A DNA stretch of 63,207 nt, counting the filler. It is 11 parts of 11 records of this genome, joined end to end, with 100 filler letters (N's around TTAATTAATTAA, not from the genome) between each part and the next. Parts side by side here need not be neighbours in the genome. Positions count along the whole stretch, not along the records: positions 49,192 to 53,565 come from SRR20825010_3886; positions 53,666 to 57,270 come from SRR20825010_3890; positions 57,371 to 63,207 come from SRR20825010_3891; 8 more parts are not named here. One strand, written 5' to 3'. The stretch's first letter is position 1. Each line of letters begins with the position of its first letter. Below the pieces are notes generated by a model. It was not told the DNA's origin. It worked only from the letters and a program-made list of their open reading frames with translations, and made no database searches. A program made the position numbers and the translations under genes. This document shows positions 49,915 to 59,911 of the stretch, in pieces.

Positions 49915-51288
49915 ATGAAAGCGCTTAGTCCGGTGGATCAACTTTTCCTGTGGCTGGAAAAACGGCAGCAGCCCATGCATGTGGGCGGTTTACAGCTGTT
50001 TTCCTTTCCCGAGGATGCCGGTCCGAAATATGTCAGTGAACTGGCCCAGCAAATGCGGGACTACTGCCATCCGGTAGCCCCATTCAACCAGCGCCTGACC
50101 CGTCGGCTCGGCCAGTACTACTGGACTGAGGACAAGCAATTCGATATCGACCACCACTTCCGCCACGAAGCGCTCCCCAAACCCGGTCGCATCCGCGAAC
50201 TACTCTCTCTGATTTCCGCCGAACACTCCAACCTGCTGGACCGGGAACGGCCCATGTGGGAAGCCCATTTGATTGAAGGCATTCGCGGTCGCCAGTTTGC
50301 TCTCTATTACAAGATTCACCATTCGGTGATGGACGGCATTTCCGCCATGCGCATTGCCTCCAAGACCCTGTCCACAGACCCCAGCGAACGGGAAATGGCA
50401 CCAGGCTGGGCCTTCAATACCCGTAAACGCACCCGCTCGTTGCCCAGCAATCCGGTAGACGTGGCCTCCAGCATGGCACGCCTGACCGCCGGCATCAGCA
50501 AGCAAGCCGCCACCGTGCCCGGCCTGGCGCGGGAGATCTACAAGGTCACCCAGAAGGCGAAAAGTGACGAAAACTACGTGTCCATCTTCCAGGCACCGGA
50601 CACGATTTTGAACAATACCATCACAGGCTCTCGCCGCTTTGCCGCCCAGAGTTTTTCGTTACCGCGCCTGAAAAACATTGCCAAGGCCTACGGCTGCACC
50701 ATCAACACCGTGGTGCTGTCCATGTGTGGCCACGCCCTGCGCGAGTATCTGATCAGTCAACACGCCCTGCCCGATGAACCGCTGATCGCCATGGTGCCCA
50801 TGAGCCTGCGTCAGGACGACAGCGCCGGTGGTAACCAGATCGGCATGATTCTGGCCAACCTGGGCACCCACATCTGTGATCCGGCCAATCGCCTGCGCGT
50901 GGTCAACGACTCCGTGCAGGAAGCCAAATCCCGGTTCTCACAGATGAGCCCGGAAGAGATCCTCAACTTCACCGCCCTGACCATGGCCCCCACCGGCCTC
51001 AACCTGCTCACCGGCCTGGCGCCCAAATGGCGGGCATTCAACGTGGTGATTTCCAACGTCCCCGGCCCGAAAGAGCCGCTGTACTGGAACGGCGCTAAAC
51101 TGCAAGGCATGTACCCTGTCTCCATTGCCCTGGATCGTATCGCCCTGAACATCACCCTCACCAGCTACGTGGATCAGCTGGAATTCGGCCTGATTGCCTG
51201 CCGCCGTACCCTCCCCTCCATGCAGCGGCTGCTCGATTACCTTGAGCAGTCCATACGCGAACTGGAAATCGGCGCGGGCATTAAATAA
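49915..51288 (+). CDS. atfA1: Wax ester synthase/diacylglycerol acyltransferase (Alcanivorax AtfA1-like)
   Basis: 'PMHVG', catalytic HHxxxDG ('HHSVMDG'), 'NVVISNVPGP'; closely resembles AtfA1 as I recall it. Confidence 0.92.
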   Translation: MKALSPVDQLFLWLEKRQQPMHVGGLQLFSFPEDAGPKYVSELAQQMRDYCHPVAPFNQRLTRRLGQYYWTEDKQFDIDHHFRHEALPKPGRIRELLSLISAEHSNLLDRERPMWEAHLIEGIRGRQFALYYKIHHSVMDGISAMRIASKTLSTDPSEREMAPGWAFNTRKRTRSLPSNPVDVASSMARLTAGISKQAATVPGLAREIYKVTQKAKSDENYVSIFQAPDTILNNTITGSRRFAAQSFSLPRLKNIAKAYGCTINTVVLSMCGHALREYLISQHALPDEPLIAMVPMSLRQDDSAGGNQIGMILANLGTHICDPANRLRVVNDSVQEAKSRFSQMSPEEILNFTALTMAPTGLNLLTGLAPKWRAFNVVISNVPGPKEPLYWNGAKLQGMYPVSIALDRIALNITLTSYVDQLEFGLIACRRTLPSMQRLLDYLEQSIRELEIGAGIK

Positions 51289-51358
51289 CAACGCCAGACG
51301 CCTGACGCTTGGTGCCTGACGGGCTGGGCGTCCAACATCTGGCACCGAACGAGCGAAC

Positions 51359-52243
51359 ATGGCAACCGATCTGAAACGCATCACCCGGGGCGAGCTCATC
51401 TGCTGGCAGCTGCGCCATCGCGGCCAGACGCTGGTAATCGCGGAACAGGGCGCCCAGGTGCTCGAATACGGACGCGATGGCGACCCCCCGATTCTCTGGC
51501 TCAGTGAGCAGGCAGCATACCGTATTGGCCACGGCGTGCGTGGCGGCGTGCCGGTGTGCTGGCCCTGGTTCGGCGCGCTGGAACGCAACCCGGACAGCGT
51601 GACCCAGCAATACTCTCTCCATACTCCCCCGGCCCATGGCCTGGTCCGCCAGCAACCCTGGCAACTCAGCGAACAGCATCTTCACGCAAAGCAGGCGCAA
51701 CTGGTTTTCCGGCTGGCCGACCAGGCTGACCGCCAGCACCTACCCCCCGTCACCCCTACCCTGACAATCACCCTGGGCGACGCCCTGTCGCTCAGTCTGG
51801 GCAACCATAATCACGGTGACCGGCCTGTTACCGTCAGCCAGGCGCTGCACACCTATCTGGCCGTGGCAGACAGTCGGCAAATCACCGTGCAAGGGCTCGC
51901 CCATACGCCCTACGTGGATGCCCTGGCCGACTGGCAGACCCGCCAGGATAGCGATGCTCTGCAATTCGACCAGGAGACCGACCGGCTTTATCTGCAACTG
52001 CCCTCGCAACTGCAGGTGGAAGATCCGCTCTGGCAGCGACAGATCCAACTGACCTGCCGGGGCAGCCACTCCGCCGTCGTCTGGAATCCCTGGGTGGATA
52101 AAAGCCTGCAGCTCAGTCAATTCGCCCCCGACGCCTGGCAGCGCATGTTGTGCATCGAAACCGCACGGGTGCTGGATAACGTGCTGACTCTGGACCCCGG
52201 CGAGTACCATGAAATGGCTGTCGAGATTATGACAAACACGTAA
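51359..52243 (+). CDS. D-hexose-6-phosphate mutarotase (YeaD-like)
   Basis: 'RGGVPVCWPWFG', 'HGLVR', 'ALHTY', 'VVWNPW', 'MLCIE'. Confidence 0.92.
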   Translation: MATDLKRITRGELICWQLRHRGQTLVIAEQGAQVLEYGRDGDPPILWLSEQAAYRIGHGVRGGVPVCWPWFGALERNPDSVTQQYSLHTPPAHGLVRQQPWQLSEQHLHAKQAQLVFRLADQADRQHLPPVTPTLTITLGDALSLSLGNHNHGDRPVTVSQALHTYLAVADSRQITVQGLAHTPYVDALADWQTRQDSDALQFDQETDRLYLQLPSQLQVEDPLWQRQIQLTCRGSHSAVVWNPWVDKSLQLSQFAPDAWQRMLCIETARVLDNVLTLDPGEYHEMAVEIMTNT

Positions 52244-52441
52244 TCTCGACCCCCAAAACCGCCCGGAAAAAGGGGTGGTGCAATCAGAAAAAGGGGAGTA
52301 AAGTCGGAAGTGGCTGCGAATTATGGCCGTGGATTGTTTTGGTAGTTGTCTTCCCTGCGTGAAGCTGAAGTTGTCTCCGAACACCGCCCAACATGGTTTG
52401 CAAGCAACACCCTAAGTAATAGTTTTGAGGTATAGATTCAC

Positions 52442-52645
52442 ATGGCTACAGGTACTGTGAAGTGGTTTAACGAGTCCAAGGGTTTTGGTTTCATTTCCCA
52501 GGACGATGGTGGTGCGGACGTGTTCGTTCATTTCAGTGCAATTACCGGTTCAGGCTTCAAAACCCTGGCCGAGGGTCAGAAGGTTTCCTTCGAGATCCAG
52601 CAGGGCCCCAAAGGTCCGCAGGCTGCTAACGTCGTTGCTGAATAA
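52442..52645 (+). CDS. cspA: Cold-shock protein
   Basis: '[15 protein letters not shown]', 'DVFVHFSAI'; long upstream leader typical of csp genes. Confidence 0.97.
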   Translation: MATGTVKWFNESKGFGFISQDDGGADVFVHFSAITGSGFKTLAEGQKVSFEIQQGPKGPQAANVVAE

Positions 52646-52659
52646 GCAACCTCGCTAGT

Positions 52660-52688
52660 AAAAAAACCCGCTTCGGCGGGTTTTTTTT
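52660..52688. terminator. Bidirectional intrinsic terminator
   Basis: A7-CCCGC-TTCG-GCGGG-T8. Confidence 0.92.
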
Positions 52689-52747
52689 ATGCCCGGCTGA
52701 AAGAGACACTCCACGCATCGCCCTGATGCACCACGCGCCCTTTTTCC

Positions 52748-52763
52748 GTAGGAGCGGCGCTTG
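52748..52763 (+). repeat. Partial GTAG-family REP
   Basis: GTAGGAGCGGCGCTTG matches the REP copies at 53464-53565. Confidence 0.65.
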
Positions 52764-52778
52764 GTAAAGCGAACACGC

Positions 52779-53444
52779 TCAGGGTTGATATAAGGGTTGG
52801 TCGAGGAGGTGCTTGCGCTGGCGCCAGTCGGGCATGCGGGCGTCCATGAGCGCGTGGAACCCGGGGCCGTGATCCATGTGTTGAAGATGACACAGTTCGT
52901 GCATGACCACGTAATCCAGTGCCGCTGGCGGGTAATGCAACAAGGCCATGTTCAGGTTGATGTACCCTTTTGCCGACAGCGAGCCCCAGCGGGTGCGCAT
53001 CTTTTTGACCCGCAATACCGGGCGAGCATAGCCTTGCCTGGCAAACCAGCCAAACTGCCGCTCGATACTGTCGGCAAACAACGGGCGAGCCTCTTCGCGC
53101 AACCAGCGCTCCACCGCCTGCTGCACGGCCGTCTCGCTATCGGGCTCGGCAACCCGCACCTGCAGATAACCGCCCGACACACTCACCGACCACCGGCCCG
53201 GCGACACATCCAGGGTTAGCGGTTGCCCGCGAAACACCAGGGTGCTGCCATCCTGCCAGCGCTGTCGGGGGCGGCTGGCCTGACGTTGTTGCTGATCCCG
53301 GATCCACTGGCGGCGGCTGTCCACAAAGGTCTGCACCATGCGCAAGGGCGCTCGCTGCGGCGCGCGCACCTGTACACGACCGTCTTCCAGAACACGCAGT
53401 TCCAGAGTACGGCGTTTGCTGCGGATCAGTTCGTAGTCGGTCAT
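52779..53444 (-). CDS. M48/YgjP (DUF45) family metallopeptidase
   Basis: 'RSKRRTL', 'MRTRWGS', 'YVVMHELCHL..MDH...F'. Confidence 0.92.
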   Translation of the reverse strand: MTDYELIRSKRRTLELRVLEDGRVQVRAPQRAPLRMVQTFVDSRRQWIRDQQQRQASRPRQRWQDGSTLVFRGQPLTLDVSPGRWSVSVSGGYLQVRVAEPDSETAVQQAVERWLREEARPLFADSIERQFGWFARQGYARPVLRVKKMRTRWGSLSAKGYINLNMALLHYPPAALDYVVMHELCHLQHMDHGPGFHALMDARMPDWRQRKHLLDQPLYQP

Positions 53445-53463
53445 GAATCCTGTCTGGCGATTG

Positions 53464-53565
53464 GTAGGAGCGGCGCTCTCTGTGCTCTGCGAGTATGAGC
53501 CGCGAAGCGTACTTGGGAAAACACTCCTCCGCTGCCGCTCGGTTCGCGGCTCAAGCGCCGCTCCT
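53464..53565. repeat. REPIN (inverted pair of GTAG-family REPs)
   Basis: GTAGGAGCGGCGCT[18 nt]TGAGCCGCGAA ... TTCGCGGCTCAAGCGCCGCTCCT. Confidence 0.8.
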
Positions 53566-53665
53566 NNNNNNNNNNNNNNNNNNNNNNNNNNNNNNNNNNN
53601 NNNNNNNNNTTAATTAATTAANNNNNNNNNNNNNNNNNNNNNNNNNNNNNNNNNNNNNNNNNNNN

Positions 53666-54496
53666 GCCCATGTCCATGGTCATGTCTTCCATGCCAGCGG
53701 CAGGTTTCAGGCTGATACCGCCGGTGTCGAACACCACACCTTTGCCGATCAACGCCAGCGGCGCGCCCTCGGCCCCCTTCCAGCGCATCACGACAACCTT
53801 TGACGGCATGGCCGATCCCATGCCCACGCCCAGCAACGCGCCCATACCCAGTTCGGCCAGCTTGTCCTCTTCGAGAACCTCAACCTCCAGCCCGGTGTCG
53901 CGAAGCGCCTCCAGCCGGGCGGCAAACTCTGTCGTCGACAGCACGTTGGCTGGCTCAGACACCAGATCGCGGGTAAAGGCGACGCCTTCGGCCACCGCGC
54001 GGGCGGAGGCAAACGCGGCCTCTGCCTCATCCGGGGCCTTGACCATCATCACGGCGGCAGCGGGTGCCTCATCCGGCTTGGATTTGCGCGCGGTAAAGGC
54101 GTAACTGCGCAGGGCCACGCCAAGGGCGATCTCCTCTGGCAGGCGCGTCGCCTCGACCAGCACGGTCAGTGCCGCCTTACCTGCCAGCCGCGCCAGCGTG
54201 CCACCGGCCTTGCGGGCCTCGACCGTTGCGGGACGGCGGGCCAGCTTGACGATATCCAACGCCTCGACAATCAGGCCAGACGGCCAAGCCAGCGTCATCG
54301 CGTCCCCTGCGTCCAGCTTGCCGAACGCCTCGCTTTCAACCGCGCGTCCCAGCGCGCCTTTGGTCAGCCGGTTCAGACGCCGCGCACCGGGGCTGAGCGT
54401 GCCTTCGGGTGACACCACGACGGCCAGACGCCCGCCCGTTTCGTCAATTCCGTCCAGAGCCACCTCGGCAAAGCTGATCGCGCGCAGATCGGTCAT
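53666..54496 (-). CDS. pepA: Leucyl aminopeptidase (3' truncated)
   Basis: 'TRDLVSEPAN', 'GKGVVFDTGGISLKP', 'MTMDMG'; divergent from lptF. Confidence 0.95.
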
Positions 54497-54631
54497 GTGT
54501 CCTCGTCTCCTGAGCTGAGTTTCGCCAAAAGAGGTAACGCCCCCCAGCGCGGTTGACCAGTGCCACCTTTCCCAATTCCAAACGATGGATTAGGGTGCGC
54601 AGACCTGCACTGGTCTGGGGGGACCACGCGT

Positions 54632-55768
54632 TTGCAAAGATTCGACAGATATGTCCTGTCGCAACTGATGGTAGCGTTCGGCTTTTTCGCCCTAGTCCTT
54701 GTATCGGTCTATTGGGTGAACAAGGCTGTAGCCCTGTTCGATCAGCTGATTTCAGACGGCCATTCGGTGGGTGTGGTGATGGAATTCACCGCCCTCTCAC
54801 TTCCGGCCGTGATCACCTTTGTGCTCCCCCTGTCCGCCTTTGCCTCTGCGGTCTATGTCACCAACCGGCTCAGCAGCGACAGTGAGCTGACGGTGGTGCA
54901 GGCCACCGGCTATTCGCCCTGGCGGCTGGCCCGTCCGGTGTTCCTGTTTGGATGCGTCGTGGCATTGATGATGTCGATGCTCACCCATCTACTGGTGCCC
55001 AAATCGCTGGAGCAATTGCGCATTCGCGAAAAGGCACTTTCGGGCTCGGTCAGTGCCCGGCTACTGCGCGACGGCGCGTTTCTGCATCCTATCGACGGCG
55101 TGACCTTCTACATTCGCGACATCACCGCCGAGGGCGAATTGCGCGACGTTGTGCTGTCGGACCGGCGCACGCCGGGGCGCGACGTGATCTATACGTCCGA
55201 ACAGGCTTATCTGTTGCGCGACGATGTCGGGCCAAAGCTGGTGATGCTGACGGGAATGGCACAGACGCTGGATCTTGAGACGCGCCGCCTGTCGACCACG
55301 AATTTCAGCGACCTGATCTATGATGTATCGGGCCTTGTCACATCCACCGCGCCGACCAAACGCCGCCTCAACTACATGTCCACATGGGAATTGATCACCC
55401 AGCCTGCCGCCTCGGCGGACGAGGCAAAGGATTCTCCGGGCGAGGCTATCGAGGAAGGGCATCTGCGATTCCAGTTGCCTTTGCTGGCGCTGGCCTTTTC
55501 CATGATCGGCTATTCCGCGTTGATGGTTGGCGGGTTTTCGCGGTTCGGTGTGACTCGCCAGATTGTCTTTGCCATCGGTCTGCTGGTGTTTGTCAAAGTG
55601 CTGGAAAGTGCTGTGACCGACCCGGTGCGCGGCGACTACAGGCTATGGCCACTGGTCTATTTGCCCAGCATCGTCGGTCTGACGTTGGCCACGGCATTGC
55701 TGTGGATTGCGGCCCGGCCATTCCGGCCCAGACGCGCGCGCGCGCATCAGCAGGAGGCCACAGCGTGA
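54632..55768 (+). CDS. lptF: LPS export permease LptF
   Basis: 'RFDRYVL', 'RLSSDSEL.V..ATG.S'; TTG at 54632 is the likely start. Confidence 0.92.
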   Translation: MQRFDRYVLSQLMVAFGFFALVLVSVYWVNKAVALFDQLISDGHSVGVVMEFTALSLPAVITFVLPLSAFASAVYVTNRLSSDSELTVVQATGYSPWRLARPVFLFGCVVALMMSMLTHLLVPKSLEQLRIREKALSGSVSARLLRDGAFLHPIDGVTFYIRDITAEGELRDVVLSDRRTPGRDVIYTSEQAYLLRDDVGPKLVMLTGMAQTLDLETRRLSTTNFSDLIYDVSGLVTSTAPTKRRLNYMSTWELITQPAASADEAKDSPGEAIEEGHLRFQLPLLALAFSMIGYSALMVGGFSRFGVTRQIVFAIGLLVFVKVLESAVTDPVRGDYRLWPLVYLPSIVGLTLATALLWIAARPFRPRRARAHQQEATA

Positions 55769-56859
55769 CCCTGCATTTCTACTTTGCCCGCCGCTTTTTG
55801 TGGATATTCCTCAGCGTCTTCGGCGTCTTCGCGCTGTTTCAGGGCCTTTTGGACCTGATCGAGGAAATGCGCCGCTTTGACGATGACGTGACGTTTGGGC
55901 AGGTGATGCGGGTCACGCTGATGAAACTGCCCGGTGCCATCTACGAAATCATCCCGCTGGTGATGATCCTCGCGACCGTCGGGCTGTTTCTTGGGCTGGC
56001 ACGATCGTCCGAGTTGGTGGCCGCAAGGGCGGCGGGGCGCTCGGGCGTGGCCACTCTGATGGCACCGGTCATGGTGGCGCTGGTGATCGGTGGACTGGTT
56101 GTCGGGCTGATGAATCCCATCGTCTCTACCACATCCAAACGATACAACGAATTGCGCGAATCCTATGAAAGCGGCAGTGCCTCTGCCCTGTCCATTGGCC
56201 CCGAGGGGCTGTGGCTGCGGCAGGGAGGCGATTTGGGTCAGGCGGTGATCCATGCCGCCCGCGCCAATGACGAGGCAACAGAGCTGTTCGATGTCTCTAT
56301 CGTCACATATGCGCCGGACGGCGGACCCGCGACCCGCATCCTTGCCGACAGTGCGCGACTTGACGACGGATTCTGGGAGTTGAGCGCCGCCAAGGCATGG
56401 CCGCTGACCCCGGGCCTGAACCCCGAGTCGGGGGCAAAAGAACATGAGTTCCTGCGCTTGCCGTCGAATCTGACACAGGACAGTATCCGCGACCGTTTCG
56501 GCAAACCCTCGGCCGTGGCGATCTGGGATTTGCCCACCTTCATCGGGGGTCTTGAAACCGCTGGTTTTTCGGCCCGTCGCTATGTTGTCTGGCTGCATAT
56601 GGAACTGTCCCGCCCTCTGTTCCTGATGGCAATGGTCCTGATCGGCGCGGCCTTTACCATGCGGCCCACGCGACTGGGCCGCACCGGAATCGCGATATTG
56701 TCCGCCGTGCTGCTTGGCTTTGGCCTCTACTATGTGCGAAACTTTGCCCAGATCATGGGGGAAAACGGTCAGCTGGCACCGCTTGTTGCGGCATGGGTGC
56801 CACCGGTCGCCTCGGTTCTTCTGGCAATGGGATTGGTACTGCATATGGAGGACGGATGA
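55765..56859 (+). CDS. lptG: LPS export permease LptG
   Basis: GTGA overlap with lptF; 'LARSSEL...RAAG.S', 'GLWLRQ', 'AAW.P', ends 'HMEDG'. Confidence 0.93.
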   Translation: MTLHFYFARRFLWIFLSVFGVFALFQGLLDLIEEMRRFDDDVTFGQVMRVTLMKLPGAIYEIIPLVMILATVGLFLGLARSSELVAARAAGRSGVATLMAPVMVALVIGGLVVGLMNPIVSTTSKRYNELRESYESGSASALSIGPEGLWLRQGGDLGQAVIHAARANDEATELFDVSIVTYAPDGGPATRILADSARLDDGFWELSAAKAWPLTPGLNPESGAKEHEFLRLPSNLTQDSIRDRFGKPSAVAIWDLPTFIGGLETAGFSARRYVVWLHMELSRPLFLMAMVLIGAAFTMRPTRLGRTGIAILSAVLLGFGLYYVRNFAQIMGENGQLAPLVAAWVPPVASVLLAMGLVLHMEDG

Positions 56860-57270
56860 CCCGCATGTTTGACCGTCTTATCCGTCTGCTGGCGGTGCTG
56901 TGCGTTCTGGCCGGACCGGCCTTGGCGCAGGACACCCCGGACGCCGATGCCCTGCCCGCCATGCTCGTGGCCGACGCCGTCTTTGTCGAAGACGGCGAAC
57001 GGCTGATTGCCACCGGCAATGTCGAAGCCTTTCATGACGGCGTGCGCATGACCGCCGGGCGCATCGTGTATGACGGCACAACCGATCAGTTGATCATCGA
57101 CGGCCCGATCCGCATCATCGACGAGACCGGCAATATTCTGGTTGCCACCTATGCCGAACTGGATCAGGGCCTGCAAAACGGCCTGCTGTCCGGGGCGCGC
57201 ATGGTGCTTGACCAACAATTGCAGGTCGCCTCGGTCGAGGCGCGCCGGGTGAATGGCCGCTATACCCAGT
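56856..57270 (+). CDS. lptD: LPS assembly protein LptD (3' truncated)
   Basis: Signal peptide, 'LVAD', 'ATGNVE', beta-jellyroll; follows lptG. Confidence 0.9.
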
Positions 57271-57370
57271 NNNNNNNNNNNNNNNNNNNNNNNNNNNNNN
57301 NNNNNNNNNNNNNNTTAATTAATTAANNNNNNNNNNNNNNNNNNNNNNNNNNNNNNNNNNNNNNNNNNNN

Positions 57371-57895
57371 CATGATCAGGTCGATGGCGAAATATTCGAT
57401 GAAGAACTCGGCATTGGCCTTCAGGCTCTGCTGATAGAGCGTATGCAGGATGGCGTGACCGGTCCGGTCAGCCGCGGCACAGGCCCGCTTGGCCATGCGC
57501 TTGCCGAAATCCAGCGTGTGACCGCCAAACGGGCGCTGGTAGATCTTGCCCTCGTCGGTCCGCGAGAACGGCACACCGAAATGCTCCAGCTCGATGATCG
57601 AGGGGATGGCGTTCCGGCACATATATTCGATGGCATCCTGGTCACCCAGCCAGTCCGACCCCTTGACGGTGTCGTACATGTGGAATTTCCAGTTATCGCC
57701 CTCACCCATATTGTTGAGCGCGGCGCCAACACCGCCCTGCGCTGCCACAGTATGGGAGCGGGTCGGAAAGACCTTGGTGATGCAGGCGGTCTTCAGGCCT
57801 TCGTTTGCCATCCCGAAGGCGGCACGCAGGCCGGCACCGCCGGCGCCCACGACGATGACGTCGTAGGTATGATCAATGATCTCGTAGGACTTCAT
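57371..57895 (-). CDS. sdhA: Succinate dehydrogenase flavoprotein (3' truncated)
   Basis: 'GAGGAGLRA', FAD-His '[10 protein letters not shown]', '[11 protein letters not shown]'. Confidence 0.97.
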
Positions 57896-57900
57896 GGAGC

Positions 57901-58290
57901 TCAGCCTCCGAAAGCGAGTTTAAGCACCGCGAACAGGGCGGCAATTGCAAGAAGGGAAGCGAGCAGCTTCACACCGAGAAGGGTTACCAGCTTTACGCCT
58001 TCGTGATGAACGTAGTCCTCGATCACGACCTGCAGGCCGAGCGCCGCATGATAGAAGGTCGCAATGATCAGGGCGATCATCAGAACGGCGACGACGGGTG
58101 AGCCAAGCCAGGCAACGGTCTCCGCATAACCGGCTCCGGCCAGCGAGATCAGGGACGCCACGAACCAGAGTGTCAGCGGGATCAGCGCCACGGCGGTCAC
58201 ACGCTGCATCCACCAGTGATGCAGACCGCTCTTGGCGCTGCCAAGACCGCGCACACGGCCGATCGGCGTACGCATTGAATTGTCAGTCAT
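57901..58290 (-). CDS. sdhD: Succinate dehydrogenase membrane anchor
   Basis: '[14 protein letters not shown]', 'GLQVVIEDY'. Confidence 0.96.
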   Translation of the reverse strand: MTDNSMRTPIGRVRGLGSAKSGLHHWWMQRVTAVALIPLTLWFVASLISLAGAGYAETVAWLGSPVVAVLMIALIIATFYHAALGLQVVIEDYVHHEGVKLVTLLGVKLLASLLAIAALFAVLKLAFGG

Positions 58291-58329
58291 ACCAGCCTCT
58301 CAAAAGAGTCTTTTTGTTGGCCCAGCCTC

Positions 58330-58713
58330 TTAAAGGGCGCAGGCAAGTATCCAGGCCAGAACGGTCAGGACCACCGAGGCGGCGATGACCAGTTTGGTCG
58401 CCTTCTCAGCCGTCTCGATCTCGAAGCCGTAACCGCTATCCCAGAACAGATGGCGGATGCCGTTGCAAAGATGGAAAAACAGGGCAAAGGAAAAGCCGAA
58501 CAGGATCAGAAGGCCAATCCAGGACCCCATGATGCTCTGCACAAACTCGAAATAGCCCCCACCAGTCGCCGCTGCCATCAGCCACCACACGAGAAACAAC
58601 GTCCCGATGCCAAGCGCGACTCCTGTCGCCCGGTGCAGGATCGACGTTATCGCGGTTAGAGGTAGCCTATAGACCTGAAGATGCGGGGAAAGAGGGCGGT
58701 TGGAAACGCTCAT
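58330..58713 (-). CDS. sdhC: Succinate dehydrogenase cytochrome b556
   Basis: 'RPLSPHL', 'SILHRATG', 'HLCNGIRHL.WD'. Confidence 0.97.
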   Translation of the reverse strand: MSVSNRPLSPHLQVYRLPLTAITSILHRATGVALGIGTLFLVWWLMAAATGGGYFEFVQSIMGSWIGLLILFGFSFALFFHLCNGIRHLFWDSGYGFEIETAEKATKLVIAASVVLTVLAWILACAL

Positions 58714-58834
58714 AGCGCGCCTTTCCTGAGGAACATCAACAATGAAGCCGCACCATATTGCAGTGCGAACGTGAGCTCAATTTATTTCGACCCTCCGACT
58801 TGTCCAGTCCCCGGCCATACTGGCATTCGCGAAT

Positions 58835-59000
58835 TTATGCACAGCGCCCTGAACGACCCTGTGGATAAAATTTTGACTTACTTGTGGATAGCTTGTGCAG
58901 TAATTATTGAAGATCCATAAATTCATTATATTTCAATATAATATTATGCATTCGAACTGTGCATATCTTTTTCTTCTTTTAACGAATAATTGTGAGTTAA
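58835..59000. promoter_or_regulatory. DnaA-box cluster with AT-rich tract
   Basis: TTATGCACA 58835, TGTGGATAA 58860, TGTGGATAG 58883, TGTGCATAT 58958; AT-rich 58900-59000. Confidence 0.55.
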
Positions 59001-59365
59001 TTGGAAACGCGCTTCATACACTATAAATATCACTGCGGCATGACAGCTTGCTCATATTTTTATTGATCTAGTCTCAAAAAAAGGCGATGCTTTTACTCAA
59101 GATATGGAAGCATTGCTCTTGCTCAATCCTGTTTTTCAGGATTTGGGCGGGGTCGGGCGCCACCAAATATACCGGCGGAGTCCGTGCCAAGACAGTCGCA
59201 TTGGTAGTGTCGGTGCCTGCCTTCCATGTCCGACGGGCCGCATGTCTTTTGACGTGCGGCCCGCTCGTCTTCCGGGGACTTATCCGCATTCTGTGAAATC
59301 GCGACGATCTGTCGGCTGGCATTACCCTGCTCATCTGGTACGGTGCGGCCGCACCATTAGACGAA

Positions 59366-59908
59366 ATGTCCGGGATGCAACGATCCGTGTTTCAAACGAC
59401 CCGATCCAGATACCTGCACTTCATCGGGGCAGCCGCTTTTCTTGCCGCGCTGACGCTTTTTTCGTCAGCGGGCCAGGCCGCCTGCGCCGATCCGCCGGGA
59501 CCCGGCGTCGACTGGCGGCGCTGCAATTTCGACAATTACCCGCTGGCCGGTGTTGATCTGACCGGAGCCAACCTGAACGACGCCAGCTTCAACTGGGCCA
59601 ATCTGACCGGCGCCACGCTTGACGAAAGCCGAGGCCGCGTCCGTTTCGGCCGGGCCAAGATGAAGGGTGCGTCCTTCCGGGGCGCACAGCTCCGTGATGC
59701 GGATTTCAGTCAGGCCGATCTGACGGACACGGATTTCACCGGCGCCAATCTGATCAAGGTCCGGTTCCAGACCGCGACCCTGCGCGGGGCGAACCTGACC
59801 GGCGCCCGACTCCGCGATGCGGATTTCTTCCGGGCCGATCTTTCCGGCGCGATCTGGACAGACGGCAAGAGAGTCTGCGCCGAAGGCTCAATCAGCTTCT
59901 GCCGTTAG
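59366..59908 (+). CDS. Secreted pentapeptide-repeat protein
   Basis: Signal peptide, A(D/N)LxG repeats, 'GAIWTDG..C...S...C' cap. Confidence 0.92.
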   Translation: MSGMQRSVFQTTRSRYLHFIGAAAFLAALTLFSSAGQAACADPPGPGVDWRRCNFDNYPLAGVDLTGANLNDASFNWANLTGATLDESRGRVRFGRAKMKGASFRGAQLRDADFSQADLTDTDFTGANLIKVRFQTATLRGANLTGARLRDADFFRADLSGAIWTDGKRVCAEGSISFCR

Positions 59909-59911
59909 GCG

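Noticed and set aside
59540-59850. Periodic 15/30-nt repeats
   Set aside because: Explained by pentapeptide-repeat coding.
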